Shown here in pieces: positions 23,801 through 35,494 of a DNA stretch of 64,000 nucleotides. Below the pieces are notes generated by a model that was not told the DNA's origin, searched no databases, and was given only the letters and a program-made list of their open reading frames with translations. Source of the stretch: Perkinsus chesapeaki ATCC PRA-425. Lineage: Eukaryota > Protista > Perkinsozoa. Made by a program: the position numbers and the translations under genes. The stretch covers positions 16,080 to 80,079 of the forward strand of contig JAAPAO010000094.1 of the NCBI GenBank assembly GCA_013115145.1, in the 5' to 3' direction. Positions within the stretch are counted from its first letter, which is position 1; each line of letters starts with the position of its first letter.

Positions 23801-24242
23801 GACGAGCCAAACATCCGGGTGAAGTTACTTTACCGCCGCCTCGAGAGCCAACCCTTTACAACCGCTGTGCGACAGTCCGTTCGCTCGGATGAATCATCCC
23901 CTGCGTAAAATGTCCCGGTTACCCGAATGCTACCGGTAAAGGAATATTAAGTGTTCCATCGACAAACGGTTTCAAACAATCACTTGCGGACTTGCCGAAG
24001 AAATCGCCAACACACAGGCAGATGTCGAACTTACCGACCTGAAAGACATGGTATACTCTAAGGCCGTTGTGACTCTGCCGGCCAACCGGACCCTCGAATA
24101 TCTTTACTGTCTACAGGCGCGAGATGTTCCTATTTTTGCTGACCTTCTGGATCTGTTTTTCAGTTGTGGACACTAATCTTTCCAAGCTTCCCTGCACATC
24201 TCCGCTCAATAGGACCTTCACTGTCTGATTCGGCGCTGCCAT
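20894..24242 (-). CDS. CWF19L1: CWF19-like protein 1 (Drn1-like): metallophosphoesterase-like N-terminus, internal RRM, CwfJ C-terminal domains
   Basis: N-terminus MAAPNQTVKVLLSGDVQG / VGKFDICLCVGDFFG. RRM segment GFGWVRFAT...GGRRLIVRFS. CwfJ segment DCWFCLANPNLERHMI...YLSTAK. C-terminus LEWRSCQQSTEEEAELAKELKTSFE. Confidence 0.85.
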
Positions 24243-24334
24243 TATACCAGAATTCCCTAGGCTTGAGAAATACACTTAACACAACTCATCTGCTAGTGTT
24301 GCTGGTAAAACTCAAGTGTGTTGTTGGTAATAAT

Positions 24335-25720
24335 TTACTCAGTTTCATTCTTAGTATCGATCAGGTCCTCCCACCATTGGTTCTCCATGTCCTTCTCCAT
24401 CGTGATTATCAAAGTCCCATCATCAATCATCCAACCACTGCCGTCAGTGTCGACATGCCCCCACAACGGTCCTGCCAAAATGATCCTCATTAACCCAGCA
24501 CCAGCACGTCTCTACCTTCAATAGTGACCGGCATGCCGTTGATATGAACTGATATAAATTTAGATTTTATCGTAACCTTTATGTCCTTCTTCGACACTCC
24601 ATCGGTGAGCGGGATATCAACTTCAACCTGCCTCCGGCGTCTGTTCGATGCCCCACAGATTTCGTACCTCATCACGAGTCTGCCGATAAGAGTAGCCTTC
24701 CCGATGGACAGGTGCCTCCCTATTAGGCATGTTCGCTACAGACGTCGGCGCCGCTACCTCCGAGTTCGACCCTAAACACCCCGAGCTATACGCCATCTTG
24801 TACGCCTTTTACTACCCATGCCATATTGGCTGGTAAGAGCGCTAAGGGTGGTGCCTCCGCCTTGCCTCATATTAATAGACTTGGCGGCAGCTATCCACTC
24901 CAAACCAGAGTTCATATCCGATTCCTTGAAGTCCATTCTGAAACCACCGACCTGAGCTTCCCTGTCCAATACTCAGGACTACCTGAACCACTCATCCTTG
25001 CCATCATCGAACATCCTGCCCACGAAAGCATCGCCTCGAATTTGATTGCCGACGAGGCCGCATGCCGAAGTCAACCCTTGTGCTCGGCTAACAGAACCGA
25101 TGAAAGCAACCATCTCCATTGCCGTGCTGTTACGTGTTCACTGGGAGGTTCTTCGCTACGCCTTTATCGTCCACATACATACTCACGCCGATATACTGAG
25201 TCTTTGGGACCGGGAGGGCCAATGTGAGAATGTCAACCGTTGTCATTGACATTAGCTGAGATCAGTCGGACATAAGGAGGGCTTGTTGTACTGAAGAATA
25301 CCTTATTTAGCATGTCCGGGTTCACTGACTTCGTTACGTCCTGTTTAGCATGGGCTGAAAGCTGAGCCAAGAACTGCTCTCTGAAAATAACAATATAGCT
25401 TTCTTTTATATTATTTATACATACGCACGGCATCAAAGCGCAGACCACAAACTAACAAGAGCCGTAATGTATGTACATTCAGTATTGTAGGGCAGCAATA
25501 ACAGCGGAGAGGAGACAGATCCCTACTTATCGAGACTTTTCTCATCGCTCTTCGATGTGAAATAGACCTTCAGTTGTTTGACAAACGTATCATTCTCAAG
25601 CTCAACTTGAGGGCTTTTAAGCTCCTGGATAGGTTCATTGTTGTCTGCTGGTATGAGCACCTGATCGATCAATAGAACCTCCGTTGAACTGAGTAGGAGC
25701 ATATTCAAATGTGGATTACT
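24335..25720 (-). CDS. Protein with a C-terminal CS (NudC/p23-like) domain; start uncertain
   Basis: C-terminal EVDIPLTDGVSKKDIKVTIKSKFISVHING...GPLWGHVDTDGSGWMIDDGTLIITMEK...WWEDL. The middle contains SMYVDDKGVAKNLPVNTRAQGLTSACG. Confidence 0.7.
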
Positions 25721-26095
25721 AGTGAACGATCAAGCTGGGTGCGTAATAGCGCGGCAACTACATTATATCCTATAAAGGAATCCAGGTTTCGTATGAGAAG
25801 TTATAATGTAAATACATGAGAATACGGAGCTAGGCCCAGACTTTTGAAAGCCCCGGATTCGAAGAAGCTGCGGAAATTGAAAGGGAACTCCTTGGACTGG
25901 TTATTACATAAGTGAACTCCGCAGGCTTATTTGGTATACTAAAAGACATATACACAGTCAAACTATGAAACTGACAAGTGAACCCAAGATACCATTCAAC
26001 TGGCTAGTCAAAACGCAAGACGACCACCGGGTGGATAGAAAAAATATACCGACGAACTAGTTAACCATCAGCAGTGATTCAAGACACTACAGCGA

Positions 26096-27657
26096 TTAGA
26101 GACTATGGATAAGCTGCTTAGTCTCCTTATATGCCATACCAGCAAGCATTACTGCACTGATACCAAGTGCAATAGGAAGAAGTACGAAAACTGCACCCCA
26201 ACTTAACACCTGTGCGATGGCAGTTACTAGCAGTTGCATCAGAGCTGCCCCAGCAGCGCCCATACCGTCTATTATTCCTGAGACTTGGCCCACTGCCTTC
26301 TTGGGCATCTTATGGCCGAGATCGGCGCAGACAGCACTGGACAAGACATTGGATACTGAGCCCACCAGGAACCCACAGGCGAAGACTGTAGTGGACAAAT
26401 AGGCTGTCGAGGGATGGTCGACACGCAGCATAGCAATTGGTATGATAGCCAATATTAAGAATGCAAACATTGGAGGTGCTCGACAAGAGTCACCACATTT
26501 AGCTGTACAATAATCAGATATAATACCTAATACGAGAGTACCAAATATAACACCCAAATTAAATAACATATCATATCCATTTGCTTCAGCTGATGTCCTA
26601 CCAACATGTTCAGTTAAATATAACGGTAACCAAANNNNNNNNNNNNNNNNNNNNNNNNNNNNNNNNNNNNNNNNNNNNNNNNNNNNNNNNNNNNNNNNNN
26701 NNNNNNNNNNNNNNNNNNNNNNNNNNNNNNNNNNAATAACATATCATATCCATTTGCTTCAGCTGATGTCCTACCAACATGTTCAGTTAAATATAACGGT
26801 AACCAAAAGAACATTGCGTAATTCACGCCCTTTATACAAGCATAAGAGAAAGAATAACGGAGGACACCCGGAGCCCTCCAAGCAGCGAAAAAGTCAAGCC
26901 TATCGCTGTCGGCGTTTTCCCTGGCTTCGGTTTCTGCCCCTCCGTTTGCTGGGTTCAAAGGCTCCTGTAATGGATCGTCGGAGTGTATGGAAAGCCCAAC
27001 TGATTGAGGGTCTCTTGGTAGGAAGTATAGCATACCAGCAGATACCACAACAAGTACTATTGCTGGTCCAAAGAACTGCCATGGTACCGATGCTTTATTA
27101 CCAAATAATTCAATCATTAAAGTGCACATAGCAGCCCCCAGAATGTTACCAACGTTCGAGTCATTAGACCAAATGCCGAAGACCGTACCATAGTACTTGG
27201 GCAGGAAATACTGCCCGACTATCAGAATCCCTGCCGGCCAGCAACCGGACTGGAAGACTGCATTGATGACCCACAGGAAGTAGTAGAAGTAATACCATCC
27301 ACCCTCAGTTGCAGTGGCGACCATTGAACCAAATATGAATTGAGTTATACAGCAGAGCGTCGTCATTAGAAAGAAGATCCTTACCGGATGGTAGAGGTCC
27401 CCTAATGGACCAGTAAAGAACATACCGATAGCATAGAACAACATAAATAATGTATTCATAACACCAAAGAAGGTAGTAGAGTACCCATAATATTCCTTCA
27501 TATTAGGGGTCGCATTTGAGAAGGCCTTTCTCACTGCATGCAGACAAACATAGGTCAGAAATGTCCATAAGAATGCCGACGCTTGGTAGTATCGCTTGCT
27601 GTGCCGAACGCCCGATGACGACGGCCGTTGCATCAACTTTGGATCCTGTTGAGTCAT
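26096..27657 (-). CDS. MFS sugar-phosphate/glycerol-3-phosphate transporter (SLC37/GlpT-like), copy B, interrupted by an N gap
   Basis: TYVCLHAVRKAFS, QSGCWPAG...GTVFGIWS...NVGNILGA and YAMFFWLPLYL, continuing after the gap to VSGIIDGMGAAGAA. Intronless. Confidence 0.85.
26635..26734. other. Assembly gap (100 N) with a 73-nt duplicated overlap on its flanks
   Basis: 26562-26634 is repeated at 26735-26807. Confidence 0.95.
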
Positions 27658-27774
27658 GTAATGAACTACGAGTGAGTATCTTCCGCTATCTTAGAAGGTA
27701 CAGAGGAATTCAACGCTGTGTTGGGAGTAAGATGAAACGCATATTCTCCACAAAAAAGGACAATTTCGACTGTA

Positions 27775-29274
27775 CTAAAACTGCTTGATGAGATCCCTGG
27801 TCTCCTCGTAGGCAACCCTGGTCAGAGCTACTGCACTCAATGCCAAGGCGATCGGCAATACAATGAACACATCACCCCAGTTTAAATACTGTGCAATCAG
27901 CATCACTAGCAGTTGCATCAGCGCCGCCCCGACAGCGCCCATACCGTCTATTATTCCTGAGACTTGAGCCACTGCCTTCTTGGGCATCTTATGGCCGAGA
28001 TCAGCACAGACTACACTGGAGAGGACATTCGCCACGGAGCCTACCAGGAAACCACAGACGAAGACTGTGATAGCTAAGTACAGGGAAGATGGGTTGCTCG
28101 CACGCAGCATAGCAATTGGTATGATAGCCAATATTAAGAATGCAAACATTGGAGGTGCTCGACAAGAGTCACCACATTTAGCTGTACAATAATCAGATAT
28201 AATACCTAATACGAGAGTACCAAATATAACACCCAAATTGAATAACATATCATATCCATTTGCTTCAGCTGATGTCCTACCAACATGTTCAGTTAAATAT
28301 AACGGTAACCAAAAGAACATTGCGTAATTCACGCCAGAAATACACGCGAAACAGAACGAGTACATAATAACACCGGGAGCCCTCCAAGCTGCGAGTAAGT
28401 CCAGCTCATCATCAGCGGCAACATCTACCCTTGTAGCCGGCGATTCCTGGCCGTGGCCAACCTCTGAGGTGGTGAAAGACACTCCCCTATCGGAATTCAA
28501 AGGCTCCTGTAATGGATCGTCGGAGTGTATGGAAAGCCCAACTGATTGAGGGTCTCTTGGTAGGAAGTATAGCATACCAGCAGATACCACAACAAGTACT
28601 ATTGCTGGTCCAAAGAACTGCCATGGTACCGATGCTTTATTACCAAATAATTCAATCATTAAAGTGCACATAGCAGCCCCCAGAATGTTACCAACGTTGG
28701 CATTATTAGACCAAACGCCGAAGACCGTACCATAGTACTTGGGCAGGAAATACTGGCTCACAATTACCACGGATGCCGGCCAGCATCCGGACTGGAAAAC
28801 TGCATTGATTGCCCATAGGATATAGTAGAGGTAATACCACCCACTTTGAGTTGCAGTGTCGACCATGGAACCAAATACAAACTGCGTGATGCAACAAAGA
28901 ACGCTCATTAGGAAGTAAACCATTACCGGATGGTAGAGGTCCCCTAATGGACCAGTAAAGAACATACCGATAGCATAGAACAACATAAATAATGTATTCA
29001 TAACACCAAAGAAGGTAGTAGAGTACCCATAATATTCCTTCATATTAGGAGTTGCATTAGTGAAGGCCTTCCTCACTGCATGCAGGCAGGCGTATGTCAG
29101 GAATGTCCATAACAGCACAGACACCTGATAGTAACGCTTGCTGTGCCGGGCACTGGTGGTGGATGATGACTTTGACGATAAGAGTGTCATTACCAACAAC
29201 AGATACCAAAACTGTAATGAGCAATGGAACATACCATGGACGAACCAATCATGGATAAATCGCGGTACACCCAT
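27775..29274 (-). CDS. MFS sugar-phosphate transporter (SLC37/GlpT-like), copy A, intronless; likely start at ATG 29190
   Basis: 499-aa ORF with the same motifs as copy B and about 12 hydrophobic segments. Confidence 0.9.
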   Translation of the reverse strand: MGVPRFIHDWFVHGMFHCSLQFWYLLLVMTLLSSKSSSTTSARHSKRYYQVSVLLWTFLTYACLHAVRKAFTNATPNMKEYYGYSTTFFGVMNTLFMLFYAIGMFFTGPLGDLYHPVMVYFLMSVLCCITQFVFGSMVDTATQSGWYYLYYILWAINAVFQSGCWPASVVIVSQYFLPKYYGTVFGVWSNNANVGNILGAAMCTLMIELFGNKASVPWQFFGPAIVLVVVSAGMLYFLPRDPQSVGLSIHSDDPLQEPLNSDRGVSFTTSEVGHGQESPATRVDVAADDELDLLAAWRAPGVIMYSFCFACISGVNYAMFFWLPLYLTEHVGRTSAEANGYDMLFNLGVIFGTLVLGIISDYCTAKCGDSCRAPPMFAFLILAIIPIAMLRASNPSSLYLAITVFVCGFLVGSVANVLSSVVCADLGHKMPKKAVAQVSGIIDGMGAVGAALMQLLVMLIAQYLNWGDVFIVLPIALALSAVALTRVAYEETRDLIKQF

Positions 29275-29499
29275 GTCGGAGTAGGTAGTAACTATGCCAA
29301 TTCGGAACCCGTGGCCCTCCCAGATTCCGCTATAGGTATCGGATCATGTACCGTCGTTATAGGCGAGCTGTCGTACTGTAATATCATGCGATGAAAGATG
29401 CAATTCGAATAACGGATTCCACTTTTGCCACATCTGTTCTTGTCGGTCATAACTAACTCATTTTCATCATTGACCACAGCCAAGTGACGGAATGCTTGT

Positions 29500-30235
29500 T
29501 GGCCTCCCTCAACTGAGTTCTGCAATTTCCCCTACTCGATGCTCCGAGCCAAGTGGCTCTTTACGTGCGGAAGGGGCAGAGATGCCTCCAGAAGACGCCC
29601 CTGGAATTTCGGTAAATTCCCTAAAACTTTTATCACCAACATCCCTAGGCGGCCTTGTAATTCTGAGCTGGTATCGAAACTTCCCAGTACGATCTCTTAT
29701 CAACAGGCATACCTGTTCCTGCGGTACGTTCGTATCGCCGTCGTCAACCCTCGTAGGTTTCGAGTGCTTACCAGATGCTCCAACGGCATGAGGATCATTG
29801 CATAGGCTTCGGTTTGGGAGTCCTAAATTATGACGTATCTATCATCCATTGGAAAAGTTATTGGTAGACCGATGGAAGCAGCTAGTGGCGTTTCAGTTTA
29901 TCGAAGAGAACCACGTATAGTTAATTATCAAGTTGAAGCACTCGTTTATCTATCAAGGTCGCTTAACCATATTAATGTAAGACTTGATCATATGCTAATA
30001 TATAACCTGTATAATACCTATATGATCCACCTATGAATGTAGAGAGCAGCCAAGGCACTGACGAATGTCATTAGCGCTCTCGGGACCAACCATAGGGAAT
30101 ACTTCCTATACCGCGACATGAGGCAGCTGCTCAACTCATGTCTGCATCTAGCCTACGCCAAGTACCTGGCCTCATGCTCTTCTCAAAGTTTTCCATCTCA
30201 GGCTCTCTGATCAACTCTGTACATGACTCGACCTC
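29500..30235 (+). other. Possible gene fragment or hypothetical gene with an AT-rich middle exon
   Basis: Short protein-like frames (GKVIGRPMEAASGVSVYRREPR..., AAKALTNVISALGTNHREYFLYRDMRQLL). No domain recognised. Confidence 0.3.
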
Positions 30236-30475
30236 GAAGCCGCACTATATTTACTAATTTTTCACTTTTTATTATACTTATTACTTTACTAGCTTTTACT
30301 TGACTATATATATATACTAATTTTTCACTTTCATATATTAGTCACCAAAATGTACTCGTCCCCACCGATTTCACGGCGAGCGCGATACACGTTACACCAG
30401 CGCTCGCCGCGTCGTGTTGAGAGGGGTGGGTACCCTACAGACGGGAACATTTATGGAGGTGTTGAACTTTTAGTT

Positions 30476-32793
30476 ATGAACCCATATATTAATTATAATA
30501 ATTACAATCCATCAGTAACTCCTGGTAGACCATCCCCTATGGTCAGCGGCACAGTCGTGAGTGTTGGAGGCAGGCCTGTTGAGGTGATAAAGGGACACAA
30601 TAGAACATTTAAAGCTCATTCTGGCACTTTCCCAAAATCTGAGTTATCTCTGGTCGACCTTAGAGCTCTGGTCCATCGGCTGTATACGACATGAATGGTA
30701 ATCTAATTGCCCCATCAAGCGGGCCATCACCCTATCCAGCAGTTATGGGGACAGTCATTCAACCTTCGGCTCCCCCGGCACCGCAGCAGGTAATATTAGG
30801 GGAACCATGGGAAACCAATGCTCCATTTCACGCCTAAAAGCACGCCAGTGTAAATTTAGTAGTCCATAATTTTCGCCACGCATGTTGGCGAGGGCAAGTA
30901 AATCATTTTCCAAAACGGCTTCTGTCTGATGCAAAGCTCGGAGGGTGTTTTCCGGCAGCGGAGGTGGATGTCGTGTGTTCAGGTGTCTTGTAACCTATCA
31001 GTGAATGGAGGTATTCATACCGTTACCTCCGCTATGTCCCTTCTTTATACCAGCTCTAAAGCCGAAGAGCATGCTGAGTGTGCCATTTGCTATGATACCT
31101 TACCTGGTAAACTACATAACCCAAGTAGTGTACAAATAATGGAAGGCTCTCATTCGATAGGTAAAGCCAATGCCCCTGTCTGCGTGCTTACCGGCTCCGA
31201 CGGCCGAAGAGTTTGTCCTCATTACTTTCACGTTGACTGCGTTAAATATATGCTCTCTGCCGGGCAGAGACAATGTCCATTATGCAGGTAATAGTGGCCT
31301 TACGGTAGTGTAGTGCATAGGGGCTCTCAGAACTCCGTACCGGAGCTACCTTACTATACCGGATATCGACATGGATCCTCAAGGATGGTTCAAGGTACTA
31401 AACGACACCGGGAAACCACATACATCCGCCCGCAGGCCGTCGACCTCAATGGAGACGGCAAACTGGACAAGCAAGAGGTCATGTTCGTGCTGAAGTCCAC
31501 ACTACCGATAAATCACCAACGTCTAGGTAGTATAATGTTTGTTTCTGTTTTGAGGAGTGTTTTTCTTAGAGAAAGATTTCGATAAACTATTCCGAAGGTG
31601 GGATGTCAGTGGTGATGGGTATATTCAGTATAGGGAGCTCATGGGCCCTGGAGGACTGGTCAGTTTCGTCAGGTAGGCGGCGGCTTGGCGGCAAACTCTG
31701 CGAAGCTCACGCTGTATGAGACCAGGGAGTCGAAGGAATGCATTCGAATGGTCCTTTTGGTCTAGGGCTTTTCTTCCTATTGAAATCCCCGTTGTATCTC
31801 CGCAATAGAAATACTTCAGTATTTTCAAAGAACACATTTCTGACTCCCTTATCCTGTACTCGTTTAACGGTTGCCTTTCCAAGTTTACTATATAAGAGTA
31901 CAGCGTTCGATTTTAGGAGTAACTTCCGAAGAAATACCAAGGATCTTTCACAGGGCATGTCGGGCATGCCGAACCTCAGGGAGAATAAGTCAGCCTGGTT
32001 CAAGTAACATATACCTACTGGCGGTCTGCCGTATATGTTACTCAGATATTGGGATGAGGACGGCAATGGCGTGCTCGATAGGGAGGAAGTCACCAGGGCG
32101 TTGATAAAGACCTTTGGCTGGCAAAGGGACTCCTTGGACCAAAACTCGGTAGGAGATACCAATTATTGTGGGGGACTTAGTTGTCGTCTTCAGACTGCCC
32201 GAATGGTGATCGATGCTTTGTGGTGCGACTTTGATACTGATGGTGATGGTACCATAGATAGTATGGAGTTTTGCAGGTAATATATTCCGGGCTTCCACTG
32301 TGGGGAGGGGCCGGGCAAAGCCACTCGGGTAGACCTTGTAGAGGGTACTAAGCTGCATAGGAGTATTATGTTTTATAATAACTATAGTATTACGAATAGT
32401 TAATATAAAGTAAGACCTAGTTACTACAGAGAAATCGGAAAACGAGAGAAATACCCCATTTTGTTTCTTCGCGAAACAACCCGAATTCGAGGTGAATATA
32501 AATGTTGAAGCTAAGATGGTGCATTTCTCCCTGTGCGTCATCACCCCGCTCGACCAAGCTGATCGCAGCCAGCCTCATAACAACGAGGGTTTTGCGGACT
32601 GTTATATAATTCAATCTGAATAGTCGCATAAGATAACACTACATCTAATGTACCCGTAATTAATGATAATTGTTATAGGATAGCAGTAAGTGATATATGT
32701 GATTGGATTCATTGGTTTCAACTTATACAAGTTCCCTTCATTAGGTCTGGCTCTGGATTAGCTGATACTTTCCTCGCCAACACCGCTGCATAA
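30476..32793 (+). CDS. RING finger plus four EF-hand protein (putative Ca2+-responsive E3 ligase); an upstream ATG at 30350 is an alternative start
   Basis: RING: CAICYDTLP...CPHYFHVDC...CPLCR. EF loops DLNGDGKLDKQE, DVSGDGYIQYRE, DEDGNGVLDREE and DTDGDGTIDSME. Stop TAA at 32791-32793. Confidence 0.85.
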
Positions 32794-33000
32794 TAAGCCT
32801 AAATAGAGGCCCGATTTTGTACTAGAATGAAGTTGCTCATTAAACACTGATTTCTTCGGGCAGCTCGAAGGCTTCGAGTCGAAGCTGCTAGCACTATGAG
32901 CCCGTTGGTGGCTGCTAAGTTGATTCATAATGAGAAGCTCGGGGGTCTGCGTTGGGGAGCTCTCTGAGTCGACTGTAGTTCCTTGCCTTTACGGATATCA

Positions 33001-35332
33001 ATGGCGCCCCTACCGACTAAAGAGACTGTCAAACAAAAGCATCGACGGATGGAGCTCACATTAGAGGGCCCTTCTAATCCTCAAACTGCCGATGACTCTG
33101 GAGTTTATGCCAGTGTAGGTGTGGATAACAGTTATGATCGGGAGGAATTCCAGAGGAGGCTGAAAATGAAGGTAATAGCGGTCGGTCATTTCAGTTGGAC
33201 TCTTTGCGCCGTTTTGTTTGGAGTTTTTATTAGAAGTTCAGAAATAAGAAATTGATTTTAGGTCCCGCATATTGAAAAGCACATTCTGCGCTTGTGACCA
33301 GGAATCGGGGAATGATCTTCTGATCTCAAGTGGTCTGTCGATAGTGTATGGCATTCAGGTTCAGAGGGCTAGTGACGAGGTAGTCGAGGTTGATGTAGTT
33401 GGTATTGATCCACCAATTGCCAATGCATTAAGAAGGATTATGATAGCAGAGATACCAACCATAGCTATTGAGAAGTGCTATGTGTATCAGAACACTGGCG
33501 TTATTCATGACGAGGTGAGTTCAACTATTATACTGTATTATAGATATTGATAATATCAATAATATAATCAATACTATATCAATTTGATATAATATTGATT
33601 ATATTATTGATATACAGGGTGTCCCAAAAAATGTGGCGAGAGTAGGGTATGAAAAAATTTTACAAGGCAAAATCTGACCTTTTCCATTGAAACCGATTTT
33701 TTGGAATTTTAAAAACTAAATTTCTCGCCAACCCAATCGAATATCATCGTGGGCCGTATGCGTTTAGAAAGTCCCTCTTGAGGGCTTTCGAACGTCGCAC
33801 GTGTCGTCGAAATATTCGCCCTCCTGAGGAAGTTATTCAAAAAAGCACATTTCTGGGGGGAAACCCTGTATATTATTTACTGCATATATGACTGTTGTTA
33901 ATTATTATTAGACCGTAATAAGATTGTGAATCCTTATGGAGATGGATTACCCTATTGGACTTTAATAGAGGTGCTATTCAGGTTCTGGCCCATCGTCTTG
34001 GTTTGGTACCAATATACTGTGACATTGACTCCTTGAAGATGCGTGATGAGGATGCACCACCGGAGCAGAGGGATGATGTTACTGATCGTAATAGGTGGCA
34101 GCAATTGGTGGGGAAAATGGTACTGTCGTTATCATGGCCGCGTATGGACCTGAAACCTCGGCCGGTCGATAACCTTTTAAGGCGAATTTTAGGAATGTAA
34201 AGAGTTGGTAGTATCTTTTCTGTTTTAGCTGACACCTGGATATGCTTCCAACTGGATAAGGTGTGTCCCCAGAGCCACCCTCCAAGGGAGTCTATGCCGG
34301 TATATAGCGGAGATCTAAAGTGGGTGCCACTTAATGCTGAACAGGAAGAACGGTATAAGGATGATGTAATACAGCTGGGAAGTTCTTTATAGTGCGCAAG
34401 ATACGCGTATTCAATGGAATCTCAGCCGCCTCGTCCTGTATATGATGACGTCCTTATCACCAAGCTCCGTTGTGGCCAAGAACTCGAGATCAAATGCTTC
34501 TGCTGCAAGGTAGCCTATTTATCGTATGGGTTGAATAAGTTGCCATCCTTTAGGGTATCGGTAAAATCCATGCAAAGTGGAGCCCAGTATGTACTGCTAC
34601 ATATAGGCTGATGCCTGATATAGTGATCAAGGAGGTAATCCACACGGCTGAAGAGAGATCTGAAATTTTATATATAACCTTATAATGATTCTTATTGAGC
34701 ATCGTAGGAATGCTGGTTGTCATTTTTACGTTTGTTATAGGCGCGAGGGTATTCACTAGGTGTTGCTTTGTTATCTCTATATACATTCTTACTTTATTTT
34801 ACGTTGCCTTTAGCCGGTTGAGGGAGCCGAGGCGGAGAAGCTTAAAAAAGTGTGCCCCATGGGAGTGTTCGATGTTGAGGACGGCGAGGCGATAGTAAAG
34901 AACCCCCGAGCGTGCACTACCTGCCGACAGTGCATAGAGCCCGGCAATGGCTTTGGTAGTGAGGCGCATACCGCTCTTTCGTGGAATCACGGTCTGGTGA
35001 CTCTTGCTTTCTTGATCAGCTGATAAGGTGTCGCTCGGTAAGCTGAAGGATCACTTCATCTTCACTGTAGAGTCGGTCGGCCAGATCCCCGCCCCGCAGA
35101 TCTTCGCTCAAGTAAGGGGGCGGTAACAGCTTCAAAGCTTCGATTCCCTCATCTCTCTCAGGCAGCCGTGGTGATGCAGAACAAGTGTCGTTTGGTGAAG
35201 AAGAGCTTGGAAGATCAAATGGGCAAAAAGGCATTACGTCACGTAAGGCAGGCAGGCCTGATATTCTTTGAATGCGAGGTCCAGGTTAAATCTTCGGACG
35301 ACGGAGCGGAGCCTATGGAGGTCGATGGCTAG
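33001..35332 (+). CDS. RPAC1: RNA polymerase I/III shared subunit AC40
   Basis: [51 protein letters not shown]; [18 protein letters not shown]; [12 protein letters not shown]; [11 protein letters not shown]. Stop TAG at 35330-35332. Confidence 0.95.
33615..33868. mobile_element. 254-bp Tc1/mariner-type MITE in an RPAC1 intron
   Basis: Imperfect terminal inverted repeats CAGGGTGTCCCAAAAAATGTG and CACATTTCTGGGGGGAAACCCTG. TA on both sides (33613-33614 and 33869-33870). No ORF. Confidence 0.85.
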
Positions 35333-35494
35333 GAAGAGCACCGGCTTGAGCAGCCACAGCTGGTGCAGACGTAAATAACTTTACCACAACTACTACTACT
35401 ACTGGTACCTTACGTTAGGCAACGATATCATCGTTTCCACATCACACAAGCATTGTGTTTTGTCGGTTCAATTGGAGATATAAGTTGCATTTAT

